A stretch of 64,000 nucleotides of DNA, taken from positions 56,057-120,056 of the forward strand of contig VGKY01000001.1 in the NCBI GenBank assembly GCA_016866875.1, read 5' to 3'. A program made the position numbers and the translations under genes. The notes below the pieces were generated by a model, which was given only the letters and a program-made list of their open reading frames with translations, made no database searches and had not been told where the DNA came from. The stretch is from Candidatus Peribacteria bacterium (GTDB lineage: Bacteria > Patescibacteriota > Gracilibacteria > Peribacterales > Peribacteraceae). Of this stretch, positions 19,032 through 28,128 are shown in pieces (the first letter of the stretch is position 1; each line of letters opens with the position of its first letter).

Positions 19032-19307
19032 TTATCGGACGGCGTCCTTGAGGGTCTTTCCGGCCTTGAACGACGGAACCTTCATCGCAGGGATCGAGAT
19101 CCTTTGCGTGGGGTTGCGTGGGTTCACGCCCGTGCGCGCTGCGCGCTTAGAGACTTTGAACGTTCCGAATCCCGTGAGCGTCACGGTGTTGCCCTTCTTG
19201 AGCTCCTTGGTCACGAGCGTGACCAAAGCCTCGAGGGCGGAAGCGGAGGCGCGCTTGGTGATGCCAGCGGCGTCCGCGATCATGTTGATGATATCCTGCT
19301 TGGACAT
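19032..19307 (-). CDS. hup: Histone-like DNA-binding protein HU
   Basis: 91 aa. GFGTFKVSKRAARTGVNPRNPTQRISIPAMKVPSFKAGKTLKDAV is the HU/IHF signature. Confidence 0.9.
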   Translation of the reverse strand: MSKQDIINMIADAAGITKRASASALEALVTLVTKELKKGNTVTLTGFGTFKVSKRAARTGVNPRNPTQRISIPAMKVPSFKAGKTLKDAVR

Positions 19308-19633
19308 GGGACAGTGGGGAAAGGAAGTAAATCCTGAGAAAGTCTATGCCGAGGCACCGCTTGTGCAAGCCAAAAAAACAGTGTCAGAAACGTTGAAGGG
19401 GAGAAGGATGTTTTTGGCCGCTCTATTGAGCCAAAAAAAATGAGTACCAAAAATACTCATTCGCTTTGCCTTTCTGTGGATCATTGGCATGTTCTCCGCC
19501 AAATGCAAGGTCAAAGCATCCTATGGCGATCGTTCCTGAACACTGCTTGCGTATCGAGTTATCCCTCTCTCCCCAGAGAGCCTTATTTGTTCATGGTTGT
19601 ACGCCCGTACACCAGTTTTCCTTTGACAAACAC

Positions 19634-22057
19634 ATGGACCACTGCCTACCCTCCCGCACTGTGCCCAAGCATCTCGTCATCGTCGAAAGCCCCACGAAGG
19701 CCCGGACCATCAAGAGGTTTCTCGGGAAGGATTTCACGGTGGAGGCGAGCATGGGACATGTCCGAGATCTTCCGGAGAGCAAACTTGGTGTCGATCCTGA
19801 CGATGGATTTTCTCCAGAGTATGAGGTGCCGGAGGAGAAGAAGGCCGTTGTCAAAAAGCTGCAAGCAGCTCTCAATGACAGCGACGAGCTCTGGATCGCG
19901 ACTGATGAGGATCGCGAAGGAGAGGCCATCGGTTGGCATCTTGTGGAGACGCTCAAGCGCAAGGTTAACCAGCCCGTGCGACGCATCGTCTTTCATGAGA
20001 TCACCGAGGAGGCGATCCATAAGGCCGCTGCCCATCCTCGGGACATCGATACGAAACTTGTGGATGCTCAGCAGGCTCGCCGGATCCTCGATCGCCTCGT
20101 CGGCTATACCCTCTCCCCTTTCCTCTGGAAGAAGGTATACCGCGGGCTCTCCGCAGGCCGTGTGCAGTCTGTCGCCGTGCGTATCATCGTCGATCGCGAA
20201 CGCGAGATCCGGGCATTTCGTCCCCAGGAGTACTGGACGATTGAGGCTACGCTGGAGACGAAGGAGAAGGAGGCATTTGTGGCGAAACTCTCAGCGAAAG
20301 ATGGAAAGAAATTCGTCCCCACGTCTGGGGCGGAGTCTGATGCCGTTGTGCAAGCCGTAACGGGTCGTCCCTTCAGCGTTTCCTCCGTGGAGGAGAAAGA
20401 GATTCAGCGTACGCCACCAGCCCCCTTCACCACGTCGACACTTCAGCAGGAGGCCGGACGGAAGCTCGGGTTTTCCGTGAAGCAAACCATGATGGTGGCC
20501 CAGCAGCTCTACGAAGGCGTCGATCTCGGAGCCGGCAGCGGCCACACCGGTCTCATTACCTACATGCGTACGGATTCGGTGAACGTAAGTGAGAAGGCCC
20601 TTGGGGAAGCCAAGGCGGCTATCGAGAAGCACTATGGTCGCGAGTACGTCCTTTCCGAGCCTCGGAAGTACAAGACCAAGAGCAAAGGAGCACAGGAAGC
20701 TCATGAGGCGATCCGCCCAACCGAGATCAGCCGGACGCCACAGTTCCTTGCCGATGTCCTCGATCATCAGCAGCTCAAGCTCTACACGCTCATCTGGAAT
20801 CGGACGGTGGCTACACAGATGGCCGGAGCGCAGCTCAAGCGTGTTGGCGCGGACATTGCGGTAGATGCCTACACATTTCGTGCCACCGGACAGACAGTGG
20901 TCTTCGATGGATTCCTGCGTCTCTATCGCGAGGATCGTGACGAGCCGGAGGCGGGCAAGACGGGAGAAGACGATGATGACAGCGAAAAGATCCTCCCTCC
21001 CCTTACTGAGGGGCAATCCCTCGATTGCACGGGCATTGTCCCCGAGCAGCACTTCACGAAGCCTCCACCGCGGTACACCGAGGCGAGCCTCGTGAAGAAG
21101 TTGGAGGAGGAGGGCATCGGACGTCCGAGCACCTACGCCCCGACCATCTCCACGATCCAGCAGCGTGGATACATCAAGAAAGAGGGCAAGCAGCTTCAGC
21201 CTGAGGATGTCGCCTTCACCGTTACCGATCTCCTCACGGAGCACTTCTGCGATATCGTTGACCTGGGATTCACGGCACAGATGGAGCAATCTCTCGATGA
21301 TGTGGCGGAAGGGGAAAAGGATTGGCAGAAATTTTTGGGATCCTTCTATAAGCCGTTCAAGGCGCTCATTGCTCAAAAGAATGAGGAGGTTAGCCGTGAT
21401 GATGTGCTCAAGGAGCGCATCCTCGGCAAGGATCCTGCATCAGGACTCGAGGTGCTCGTACGTACAGGGCGATTTGGCCCGTACGTGCAGCTCGGACGCT
21501 CCGAAGCCATGGCCGATGTACCTGTGGAGCTTGCAAGCGAGCCAAGGAAAACGCAGCCGAAGAAGTCAGCGAAGATGAAGAAGATCAAGCCGAAGAGTGC
21601 CTCTATCCCGAAGAATCTGAGCAAAGACAGCATCACCCTTGCACAAGCATTATCGCTTCTGAGCTTCCCTCGGATGCTCGGGGTGCACGGTGGTCACTCC
21701 ATGGAGGTCCATCGTGGGCGCTTTGGCCCCTATCTCAAGTGTGGTGAGGCAACCGTGAGCCTTCGCGATATCGATCCCCTTTCCGTGGATCTCCCTCAAG
21801 CGATTGCTTTGCTCAGTACGGCCAAGGAAATGCGTGCAAAGGCCGCAGAGCCTCTGAAGACTCTCGGTACCGATCCTGCAACGGGCGGTACGATTTTGCT
21901 CAAAGACGGACGATACGGTCCCTACGTGACCGATGGAAAAACCAATGCGTCCCTGCCCAAGAAGTTCACGCCCGACACCGTGACGCATCAGGATGCCGTG
22001 GAGATCCTCGCAAAAAAGCGCGCGGCACCACCGAGGAAGTGGGGAAAGAAAAAATGA
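19634..22057 (+). CDS. topA: DNA topoisomerase I (type IA)
   Basis: Start at MDHC...LVIVESPTKARTI (Toprim). TYMRTDS active-site Tyr. Three C-terminal GRFGPY-type repeats, no Zn fingers. Confidence 0.95.
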   Translation: MDHCLPSRTVPKHLVIVESPTKARTIKRFLGKDFTVEASMGHVRDLPESKLGVDPDDGFSPEYEVPEEKKAVVKKLQAALNDSDELWIATDEDREGEAIGWHLVETLKRKVNQPVRRIVFHEITEEAIHKAAAHPRDIDTKLVDAQQARRILDRLVGYTLSPFLWKKVYRGLSAGRVQSVAVRIIVDREREIRAFRPQEYWTIEATLETKEKEAFVAKLSAKDGKKFVPTSGAESDAVVQAVTGRPFSVSSVEEKEIQRTPPAPFTTSTLQQEAGRKLGFSVKQTMMVAQQLYEGVDLGAGSGHTGLITYMRTDSVNVSEKALGEAKAAIEKHYGREYVLSEPRKYKTKSKGAQEAHEAIRPTEISRTPQFLADVLDHQQLKLYTLIWNRTVATQMAGAQLKRVGADIAVDAYTFRATGQTVVFDGFLRLYREDRDEPEAGKTGEDDDDSEKILPPLTEGQSLDCTGIVPEQHFTKPPPRYTEASLVKKLEEEGIGRPSTYAPTISTIQQRGYIKKEGKQLQPEDVAFTVTDLLTEHFCDIVDLGFTAQMEQSLDDVAEGEKDWQKFLGSFYKPFKALIAQKNEEVSRDDVLKERILGKDPASGLEVLVRTGRFGPYVQLGRSEAMADVPVELASEPRKTQPKKSAKMKKIKPKSASIPKNLSKDSITLAQALSLLSFPRMLGVHGGHSMEVHRGRFGPYLKCGEATVSLRDIDPLSVDLPQAIALLSTAKEMRAKAAEPLKTLGTDPATGGTILLKDGRYGPYVTDGKTNASLPKKFTPDTVTHQDAVEILAKKRAAPPRKWGKKK

Positions 22058-22140
22058 TTGTTGTGTGCTTATTGTGTCTACCGTAGAGATGGCACTCTGT
22101 GCCGTCTCATACAAGGAGACGTGACAGAGTCGCGTCTTTA
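22001..22140. repeat. Direct repeat copy A (topA 3' end plus two downstream hairpins)
   Basis: Repeated at 23621..23760, exactly 1620 bp away. 74-bp identical core at 22035-22108. Confidence 0.95.
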
Positions 22141-23469
22141 CTGTCTGTGCTCTACTGGTGCCAAGCGATTTCTGGCAACACGGTAAGCTGTTCGGTCCAC
22201 GGGTGCAAAGGCGTGCCCGGTGCGAAAAAACGACGGACGAATAAGGCCGCGAATTTCCTGTTCCCATTGCTGAAGTTCCAGCGGTTTTTCTGCGGCGCTG
22301 AGAATGGCCGCATTCGTTTTCTCATCGAATGAAGTTTGATCGAGAGACATAATTAAGATATTACGATTTAACCATCTCTGGTGTACGCACTCAGCGAGCA
22401 GGAACAGCAGGGGGCGTGAGGGTTGACTGGATTTCTGCATTGCAGCGATGACATGCGGTAATGCCGATCGATCGCCGACCATAGCCAAGCGCATTCCCAG
22501 CACGCACGCGAGCACCGCATTGTGTGGGTATGCCATCCTTCCAACTCTCAGGGTTTCTATCGCTTCCGCACTTCTCCCGAGATCGTGGAGAATCCCCGCT
22601 CGCATATTGCAGAGGTGCGCATCCTCCATCCCCTTTCCCTTCGCTTCGTCGAGAGTCGAGAGCGCCTCTTCACTCCTCTTAAGATCGTGGAGAATCCCCG
22701 CTCGCATATTGCAGAGGTGCGCATCCTCCATCCCCTTTCCCTTCGCTTCGTCGAGAGTCGAGAGCGCCTCTTCACTCCTCTTAAGATCGTGGAGAATCCC
22801 CGCTCGCATATTGCAGAGGTGGGCATTCTCCATCCCCTTTCCCTTCGCTTCGTCGAGAGTCGAGAGCGCCTCTTCACTCCTCTTAAGATCGTGGAGAATC
22901 CCCGCTCGCATATTGCAGAGGTGCGCATCCTCCATCCCCTTTCCCTTCGCTTCGTCGAGAGTCGAGAGCGCCTCTTCACTCCTCTTAAGATCGTGGAGAA
23001 TCCTCGCTCGCATATTGCAGAGGTGGGCATTCTCCATCCCCTTTCCCTTCGCTTCGTCGAGAGTCGAGAGCGCCTCTTCACTCCTCTTAAGATCGTGGAG
23101 AATCCCCGCCCTGATATTTGCCGATGCAGCATTCTCCATCCCCTTTTCCTTCGCTTCGTCGAGAGTCGAGAGCGCCTCTTCACTCCTCTTAAGATCGTGG
23201 AGAATCCCCGCTCGCATATTGCAGAGGTGGGCATTCTCCAGCCCCTTGCTTACACATTCAGCGATGATAGTGAGGCAGGCATCAGTATCACGAGACAGGA
23301 GGTCCCTGAGGACCAATGTGACAATCTTTCCAGTGTTGAGCATACTTCCCTCAATGCGTTGGATGACCTCGGTAAGGCCCACTCCACCTTCAATCTCATC
23401 AAGAGCAGTACAAGCGATTGCGTGTTCTGCGCTTTTTTCTGCATGTACTAACCGTGTGCTTTTCGCCAT
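22138..23469 (-). CDS. TPR-repeat protein with near-identical 34-aa repeats
   Basis: 443 aa. At least 7 tandem units AHLCNMRAGILHDLKRSEEALSTLDEAKGKGME[DN], each 34 aa, the TPR length. Confidence 0.8.
   Translation of the reverse strand: MAKSTRLVHAEKSAEHAIACTALDEIEGGVGLTEVIQRIEGSMLNTGKIVTLVLRDLLSRDTDACLTIIAECVSKGLENAHLCNMRAGILHDLKRSEEALSTLDEAKEKGMENAASANIRAGILHDLKRSEEALSTLDEAKGKGMENAHLCNMRARILHDLKRSEEALSTLDEAKGKGMEDAHLCNMRAGILHDLKRSEEALSTLDEAKGKGMENAHLCNMRAGILHDLKRSEEALSTLDEAKGKGMEDAHLCNMRAGILHDLKRSEEALSTLDEAKGKGMEDAHLCNMRAGILHDLGRSAEAIETLRVGRMAYPHNAVLACVLGMRLAMVGDRSALPHVIAAMQKSSQPSRPLLFLLAECVHQRWLNRNILIMSLDQTSFDEKTNAAILSAAEKPLELQQWEQEIRGLIRPSFFRTGHAFAPVDRTAYRVARNRLAPVEHRQ
22581..23245. repeat. 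102-bp tandem repeat, ~6.5 units, inside the TPR CDS
   Basis: Unit starts at 22581, 22683, 22785, 22887, 22989, 23091 and 23193 (exact 102-bp phase). Only a few substitutions per unit. Confidence 0.95.
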
Positions 23470-23620
23470 TATTATATATTATATTACTATTATTTATTAA
23501 GTCAAATCAGCCATAAAAGTCATACTTCTATAGCTTCGCATCAAATTTCCTAGCATCTCGGCTTTGCTCACTCTTCGATCGTAGGGCGGGGTAGCAAAAC
23601 CAATGGATCCCTATGCATCG

Positions 23621-23677
23621 CAGATCCTCGCAAGAAAGCGAGCGGCACCGCCGCGGAAGTGGGGAAAGAAAAAATGA
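23621..23677 (+). pseudogene. Displaced relic of the last 18 codons of topA
   Basis: Encodes QILARKRAAPPRKWGKKK* versus EILAKKRAAPPRKWGKKK* at 22001-22057. No upstream ORF. Part of repeat copy B (23621..23760). Confidence 0.85.
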
Positions 23678-24123
23678 TTGTTGTGTGCTTATTGTGTCTA
23701 CCGTAGAGATGGCACTCTGTGCCGTCTCCCATAATCAGACGTGACAGAGTCGCGTCTCTACCTTTAGGAGCGTTATCATGCTTGATCAGTCAATGATCAT
23801 CCTTGATAGGATCCTGTGATCACTCCTCTTCATGCTTGATCATGCATAGGTCAGCTCATGTTCATGACGATCATCATGATGATGGTCTCTTTCCTACGTA
23901 TGTTGCGTACGCATGATCTCTTCAGAGAGGATTTTTGCTCTATCTAGGGCTCAAAAAAATTCATAAAGCGAATATTTTCCCGGTGTGATGATGCGTCAGA
24001 TCATCATCAGATATGCATCATGCCCATATTCATGACTACGCACCCACTCCCCTCCTCTGTCGAGTCGTGATGATTGCATGCGTACTCACTGTGCTTATCA
24101 TGAGCATACTCTGATCATCTTCT

Positions 24124-24696
24124 TTGACTACCATGCATGATTCTTCCGCTACAGCTACGGCTCCGTATATTTCTATCAAAGAGGCCTCGATCCGGTACCA
24201 GAAGGCGGAGATCACCATCAGGCGCTTTGTGCGCTCAGTATTGGAGCAGGAGAAGTGTGCAGAGCGCACCATGATCCACCCTCTTCCTTCGGAGGCGGTC
24301 AAACTCAAAAAGCAGAAGAAGCCCTTTGCCTATACGATCAGTGAAGACCTTCTCAAGAAGCAGTACGGAGAGGGTTCTGCATCGAGTGCATCCCATGGAT
24401 CAGGCCACGGCTCCTACATGCATCTCCTCGAGCGTACGAATAGAAACCTTGAGGACCAAATGAAGGTGAAAGACGAGCAGATTCGTGTACTCGCCCAAGC
24501 GATCGACGGTCTCTCCGAGCGGCAGCGCGAGACGAATGTGCTCATGAAGGGCTTGCAGGAGAGGTTTTTCCTGAGTGCGCCGAAGGAGGAGATTGTCGAA
24601 GGAGTTGCAGAGATTTCTCGGAGAAAGGCTAATCTATCAAATATTAAGCAGAAGAAAAAACAGAAGTCCGGTATAATTGGGTGGCTCTTCTCCTAG
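24124..24696 (+). CDS. DNA-binding protein (excisionase/MerR-like HTH N-terminus plus coiled coil)
   Basis: 190 aa. YISIKEASIRYQKAEITIRRFV resembles HTH_17-type excisionase folds. Central coiled coil and basic tail. Confidence 0.55.
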   Translation: MTTMHDSSATATAPYISIKEASIRYQKAEITIRRFVRSVLEQEKCAERTMIHPLPSEAVKLKKQKKPFAYTISEDLLKKQYGEGSASSASHGSGHGSYMHLLERTNRNLEDQMKVKDEQIRVLAQAIDGLSERQRETNVLMKGLQERFFLSAPKEEIVEGVAEISRRKANLSNIKQKKKQKSGIIGWLFS

Positions 24697-24714
24697 GTGT
24701 ACTTCACATTTTGA

Positions 24715-26475
24715 TTACTGCTTCATGATAACAGCAGGGTCGATTTCTTGGGCAATGGTGTATGCACGCTCGGCTTCTTCAACTTTCCCCAGAGCTCTGA
24801 GGATCGCCGCAAATTCCGCGTGTGCCTCTGCCGAGTTTCCATTCCATGCCAAGGCTGTTTCAACCTCGTGCTGTGCCGCTGGTAGATCCTTCTTCTCTGT
24901 CCGAAGCAAGCGTGCCAGCCGAATGCGTGCGATGACGAAGGAGGGATCCATGCTGATTACCTTTGCAAATCCTTCCATTGCTGCTTCCTTCTGACCGGTT
25001 TGTTCCGCTAGCGATGCAAGATCGAAGAGAGGACTCGGGTCATCGGGTTTCATGTTTTGAGCGATGAGAAATTCTGCATGAGCCTCTGGCAAGTGTCCGG
25101 TTTCCGCGTAGAGATACCCAAGTTGCAGATGGAGCTCCATCGCGTCTGCCGTGCGGATCCCGGCTTTTAATAGATCATATGCCTCTTGGGGTTTTCCTTC
25201 GCGTCGCAGTTTTCGTGCAAGATTTGTTCGTGCTCTTGTGGCCTCGGGATAATTCTTGAGTGCATGCGTAAAAAGCGATGTCTGCGATTGCCAAACTGCA
25301 GTTTGTTTTGCGGAAAGTCCGGTCATGATCATGAGGATGATCACGATCAGGCATCGCATAGTCACCGCTCTGAGGGATCTAGCTATGTGAGCAAGACACA
25401 GCGTTACCATGAGAAAGAAACCTATGGATGGAAGATAAGCATAGCGGTCAACGGCAAAGTAAAGATCGCCAGCTCTGCGGAAATGCAGGAACGTCGGGGA
25501 GAGGAATACGAGGTAGGAGAGAAATCCCAAAACTAGGATTGGAGAACACTTGCGAGCTTTTATGATCCATCCGCACATGCCGATAAATGCTGCGACGGAT
25601 ATCCAGATGCGTGGGTCGCCGATGTGCACCTCGCCTGCATAGGGATAGAAGATGCTAAGGCGAATCGGCAGGACAAGTTTGGTGAGATAAAAGACACTGC
25701 TTTTCATACTCAGAAGCATGGTTTCCGCGATGCGCATCTGCGTGAGCACCTGTTCTTTTCCGCCCATGGCAACAAATGCCATCACACACGAGAGAACAAG
25801 ATAGGGGATTTGTTTGCGAAGTAGCTTTTTCCAGCTCTTTTCACCCAGAATGAGCACGTCGTACAGTAGGAATACGGCCGGAAGAACAAATGGTGTTATC
25901 TTGCTGAGAAGAGCGCAGAAGAATGTGAGGATACTCAAGGCGTATGCATGCTCGATCACCTGTTTGTCGCGCCTGCACAGATAGAGGTTGAAGCTCAGGA
26001 GAATGAATGCGGTCGAAAGAAGGTCCTTGCGTGCTGAAGCCCAGACTACTGCCTCCGTATGGAGCGGGTGAATGGCAAACATGAGCCCCGCAACGATAGA
26101 GGCATTTCTATAACCGGTGATTCGTGAAAGCAGTGCCATCGCCAGCATGCTATTGATGATGTGTAGAGCAAGATTTGTCGCATGGTAGATCCAGGGATCA
26201 AGGCCGGCGATCATGTAGTTGATCTGAAAGCTGATGATGGTCAGTGGCACATAAAGCTCGGGGTCATAGGTGGAGAATGCAAGGTAAAGAGTGTGGGGAG
26301 ATATTCCTCTGATACTGAGATTGCGCACGATTAAAAAAGCATCATCGATCGGGGAAAATCCATGCAGGAGCGACCAGCCGAATGCAAGCAGAACGAGGAT
26401 GATAGTTGCAATGCATGCTTTGCCCCATGTGGGACCCCAGGACTGCTGCTGATGATGAGATGAGAATTGCGACAT
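24715..26475 (-). CDS. GT-C fold glycosyltransferase (PMT_2/TMTC-like) with C-terminal TPR repeats
   Basis: 586 aa. About 10 TM segments with an early DD motif (SPIDDAFLI), then about 5 TPRs. Confidence 0.8.
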   Translation of the reverse strand: MSQFSSHHQQQSWGPTWGKACIATIILVLLAFGWSLLHGFSPIDDAFLIVRNLSIRGISPHTLYLAFSTYDPELYVPLTIISFQINYMIAGLDPWIYHATNLALHIINSMLAMALLSRITGYRNASIVAGLMFAIHPLHTEAVVWASARKDLLSTAFILLSFNLYLCRRDKQVIEHAYALSILTFFCALLSKITPFVLPAVFLLYDVLILGEKSWKKLLRKQIPYLVLSCVMAFVAMGGKEQVLTQMRIAETMLLSMKSSVFYLTKLVLPIRLSIFYPYAGEVHIGDPRIWISVAAFIGMCGWIIKARKCSPILVLGFLSYLVFLSPTFLHFRRAGDLYFAVDRYAYLPSIGFFLMVTLCLAHIARSLRAVTMRCLIVIILMIMTGLSAKQTAVWQSQTSLFTHALKNYPEATRARTNLARKLRREGKPQEAYDLLKAGIRTADAMELHLQLGYLYAETGHLPEAHAEFLIAQNMKPDDPSPLFDLASLAEQTGQKEAAMEGFAKVISMDPSFVIARIRLARLLRTEKKDLPAAQHEVETALAWNGNSAEAHAEFAAILRALGKVEEAERAYTIAQEIDPAVIMKQ

Positions 26476-26604
26476 TCCAATAATGAGATTAACAGGCGCT
26501 GTCAGCCGTCGCCAAGGCTATGGCCGACAGCTCGCAGATAACAAATTCTGCAATGCGGTTTGATGCTGCTCAATTCTGGCACGCCACGTCGCTCGCGAGC
26601 GACG

Positions 26605-26680
26605 TGGCAGGCGCTGTAGGGATCGAACCTACGACCTTCGGTTTTGGAGACCGACGCTCTACCGACTGAGCTAAGCGCCT
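26605..26680 (-). tRNA. tRNA-Trp (anticodon CCA), 76 nt, CCA encoded
   Basis: Folded by hand: AGGCGCT/AGCGCCT acceptor stem, anticodon loop CUCCAAA, T-loop GGTTCGATCC. Confidence 0.95.
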
Positions 26681-27276
26681 ACGAACGCATTCTACCTTCA
26701 CTTCTCCCTCAAGAAAAACCGACGACCCTGAGGCCGTCGGCATGCTGTTTGTTGGTGGGAAGAGTGGCGCCCCGGTCGGCTACGAGCCAACAGGGGCAAC
26801 TGTGTACGGTGGTGACACTTTGATACTCCTTTCTAGTCGCCCGAAGGCGATATCGAATTCCAATAAACGGCTGGTCGATTCTATGGATCAGTGCTGCCTG
26901 GTCAACACATTTCCCACACTTTTGGTTTGTCCCGAAAGGGCGTCGTCACAGGTGATAACGGTGCGATATTGGGCGACGGCATCGGCAATACACGCCTCAA
27001 GATCGGTCTCCAGCAATTTCACATTTGTCTGAGCTCTCAGTCGTAGCCGCACACCTTTGATCATTCCTTCAAAGATCGTTTTCGGGCGGACACCGATCGA
27101 GCTTGCTATGAGACCCCAGAGCTCCGCATCCGTCCACGTCAGTACCGTTGGCTAGTCGATAGTGTCAGTCATGGTCGCGGCAGAGTGTCAGATCGTTTTG
27201 TGATCTGCAAGGCCACTGTTCTTCGAAAATATGCCGCTGCCCCAATGGGGGATTTTGTGCTATACTGCTTGGATTT

Positions 27277-28128
27277 ATGCGCATCGATATCGAAATCCCA
27301 CAGCCGATTGCCGCAATAGTGAGTATCAGCGTCACGCTCGCGGCGATTGCCTTCGTGGACCACATGACCGGGTTCTCCGTGCAAGCGAGCCTTGCCCAAG
27401 GCGGTGAGACCACGCAGGAATCCATTCACGCTGCAGAGGAGGATGCGCTCAGGCTTCGCCAGCAGCAGGCCGTGCTTCAGAAGCGCGAGGAAATCCTGCG
27501 ATACCAACTCGAACTTCTGCGTCAGGAGCGGCGCGTGCGTGGCAGCAGTCTGCCGTCTGCTATGGCAGCAGAGATTGATCGTAGTGAGCAGATGCTTCTC
27601 GATCTCTTGCGTGACCAGCAGGAGGCTGAGGGCAAGATCCTCCTCACACTTCAGCAGATCTGGGAGGCCGAAGGACGTGCCATTGCCCTCACCCGTTCGG
27701 CATCACTCGGGCAAGTGAATCTCCGTTGGCCGGTGGACCCAACACTCGGAGTCTCGGCAGGATTTGGTGACGCTCATTACGAGGAGATCTTCGGTATGCC
27801 TCACAAGGCCATCGATATTCCGGTAGAGCAGGGGACTCTGGTGAGCAGTGCGGCCGATGGGGTTGTCGAAGAGGTCAGCGACAACGGCTACGGATTTAAC
27901 TCCGTGACTATTCGTCACGACGGTTACGCAACGCTCTATGGTCATGTGGAATCCTTCCTCGTTTCCGAGGGGGACACGGTGCGTGCAGGCGAACCTATCG
28001 CGCTCTCCGGTGGTCGCCCCGGATCGCGCGGTGCGGGTCATCTTTCCACGGGACCACACCTCCACTTCGAGTTGATCGTGCGTGGAGAGCGCGTGGATCC
28101 GATGGGGTACTTGCCTACGCAGCGCTAG
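27277..28128 (+). CDS. M23 family metallopeptidase with N-terminal TM and coiled coil
   Basis: HKAIDIPV...GFNSVTIRHDGYATLYGHV...GPHLHFEL (HxxxD and HxH motifs). Confidence 0.9.
   Translation: MRIDIEIPQPIAAIVSISVTLAAIAFVDHMTGFSVQASLAQGGETTQESIHAAEEDALRLRQQQAVLQKREEILRYQLELLRQERRVRGSSLPSAMAAEIDRSEQMLLDLLRDQQEAEGKILLTLQQIWEAEGRAIALTRSASLGQVNLRWPVDPTLGVSAGFGDAHYEEIFGMPHKAIDIPVEQGTLVSSAADGVVEEVSDNGYGFNSVTIRHDGYATLYGHVESFLVSEGDTVRAGEPIALSGGRPGSRGAGHLSTGPHLHFELIVRGERVDPMGYLPTQR

Noticed and set aside
22581-23245. Possible CRISPR array, because of regularly spaced repeats.
   Set aside because: The units are contiguous with no unique spacers, lie in phase with a coding frame and are 102 bp long. This is a tandem protein repeat.
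22448-23500. Three long alternative-frame ORFs across the TPR repeats (22448..23500, 22522..23451, 22557..23234).
   Set aside because: They arise because a stop-free 102-bp repeat unit propagates open frames. Only the minus-strand frame gives a 34-aa TPR consensus with unique N- and C-terminal domains.
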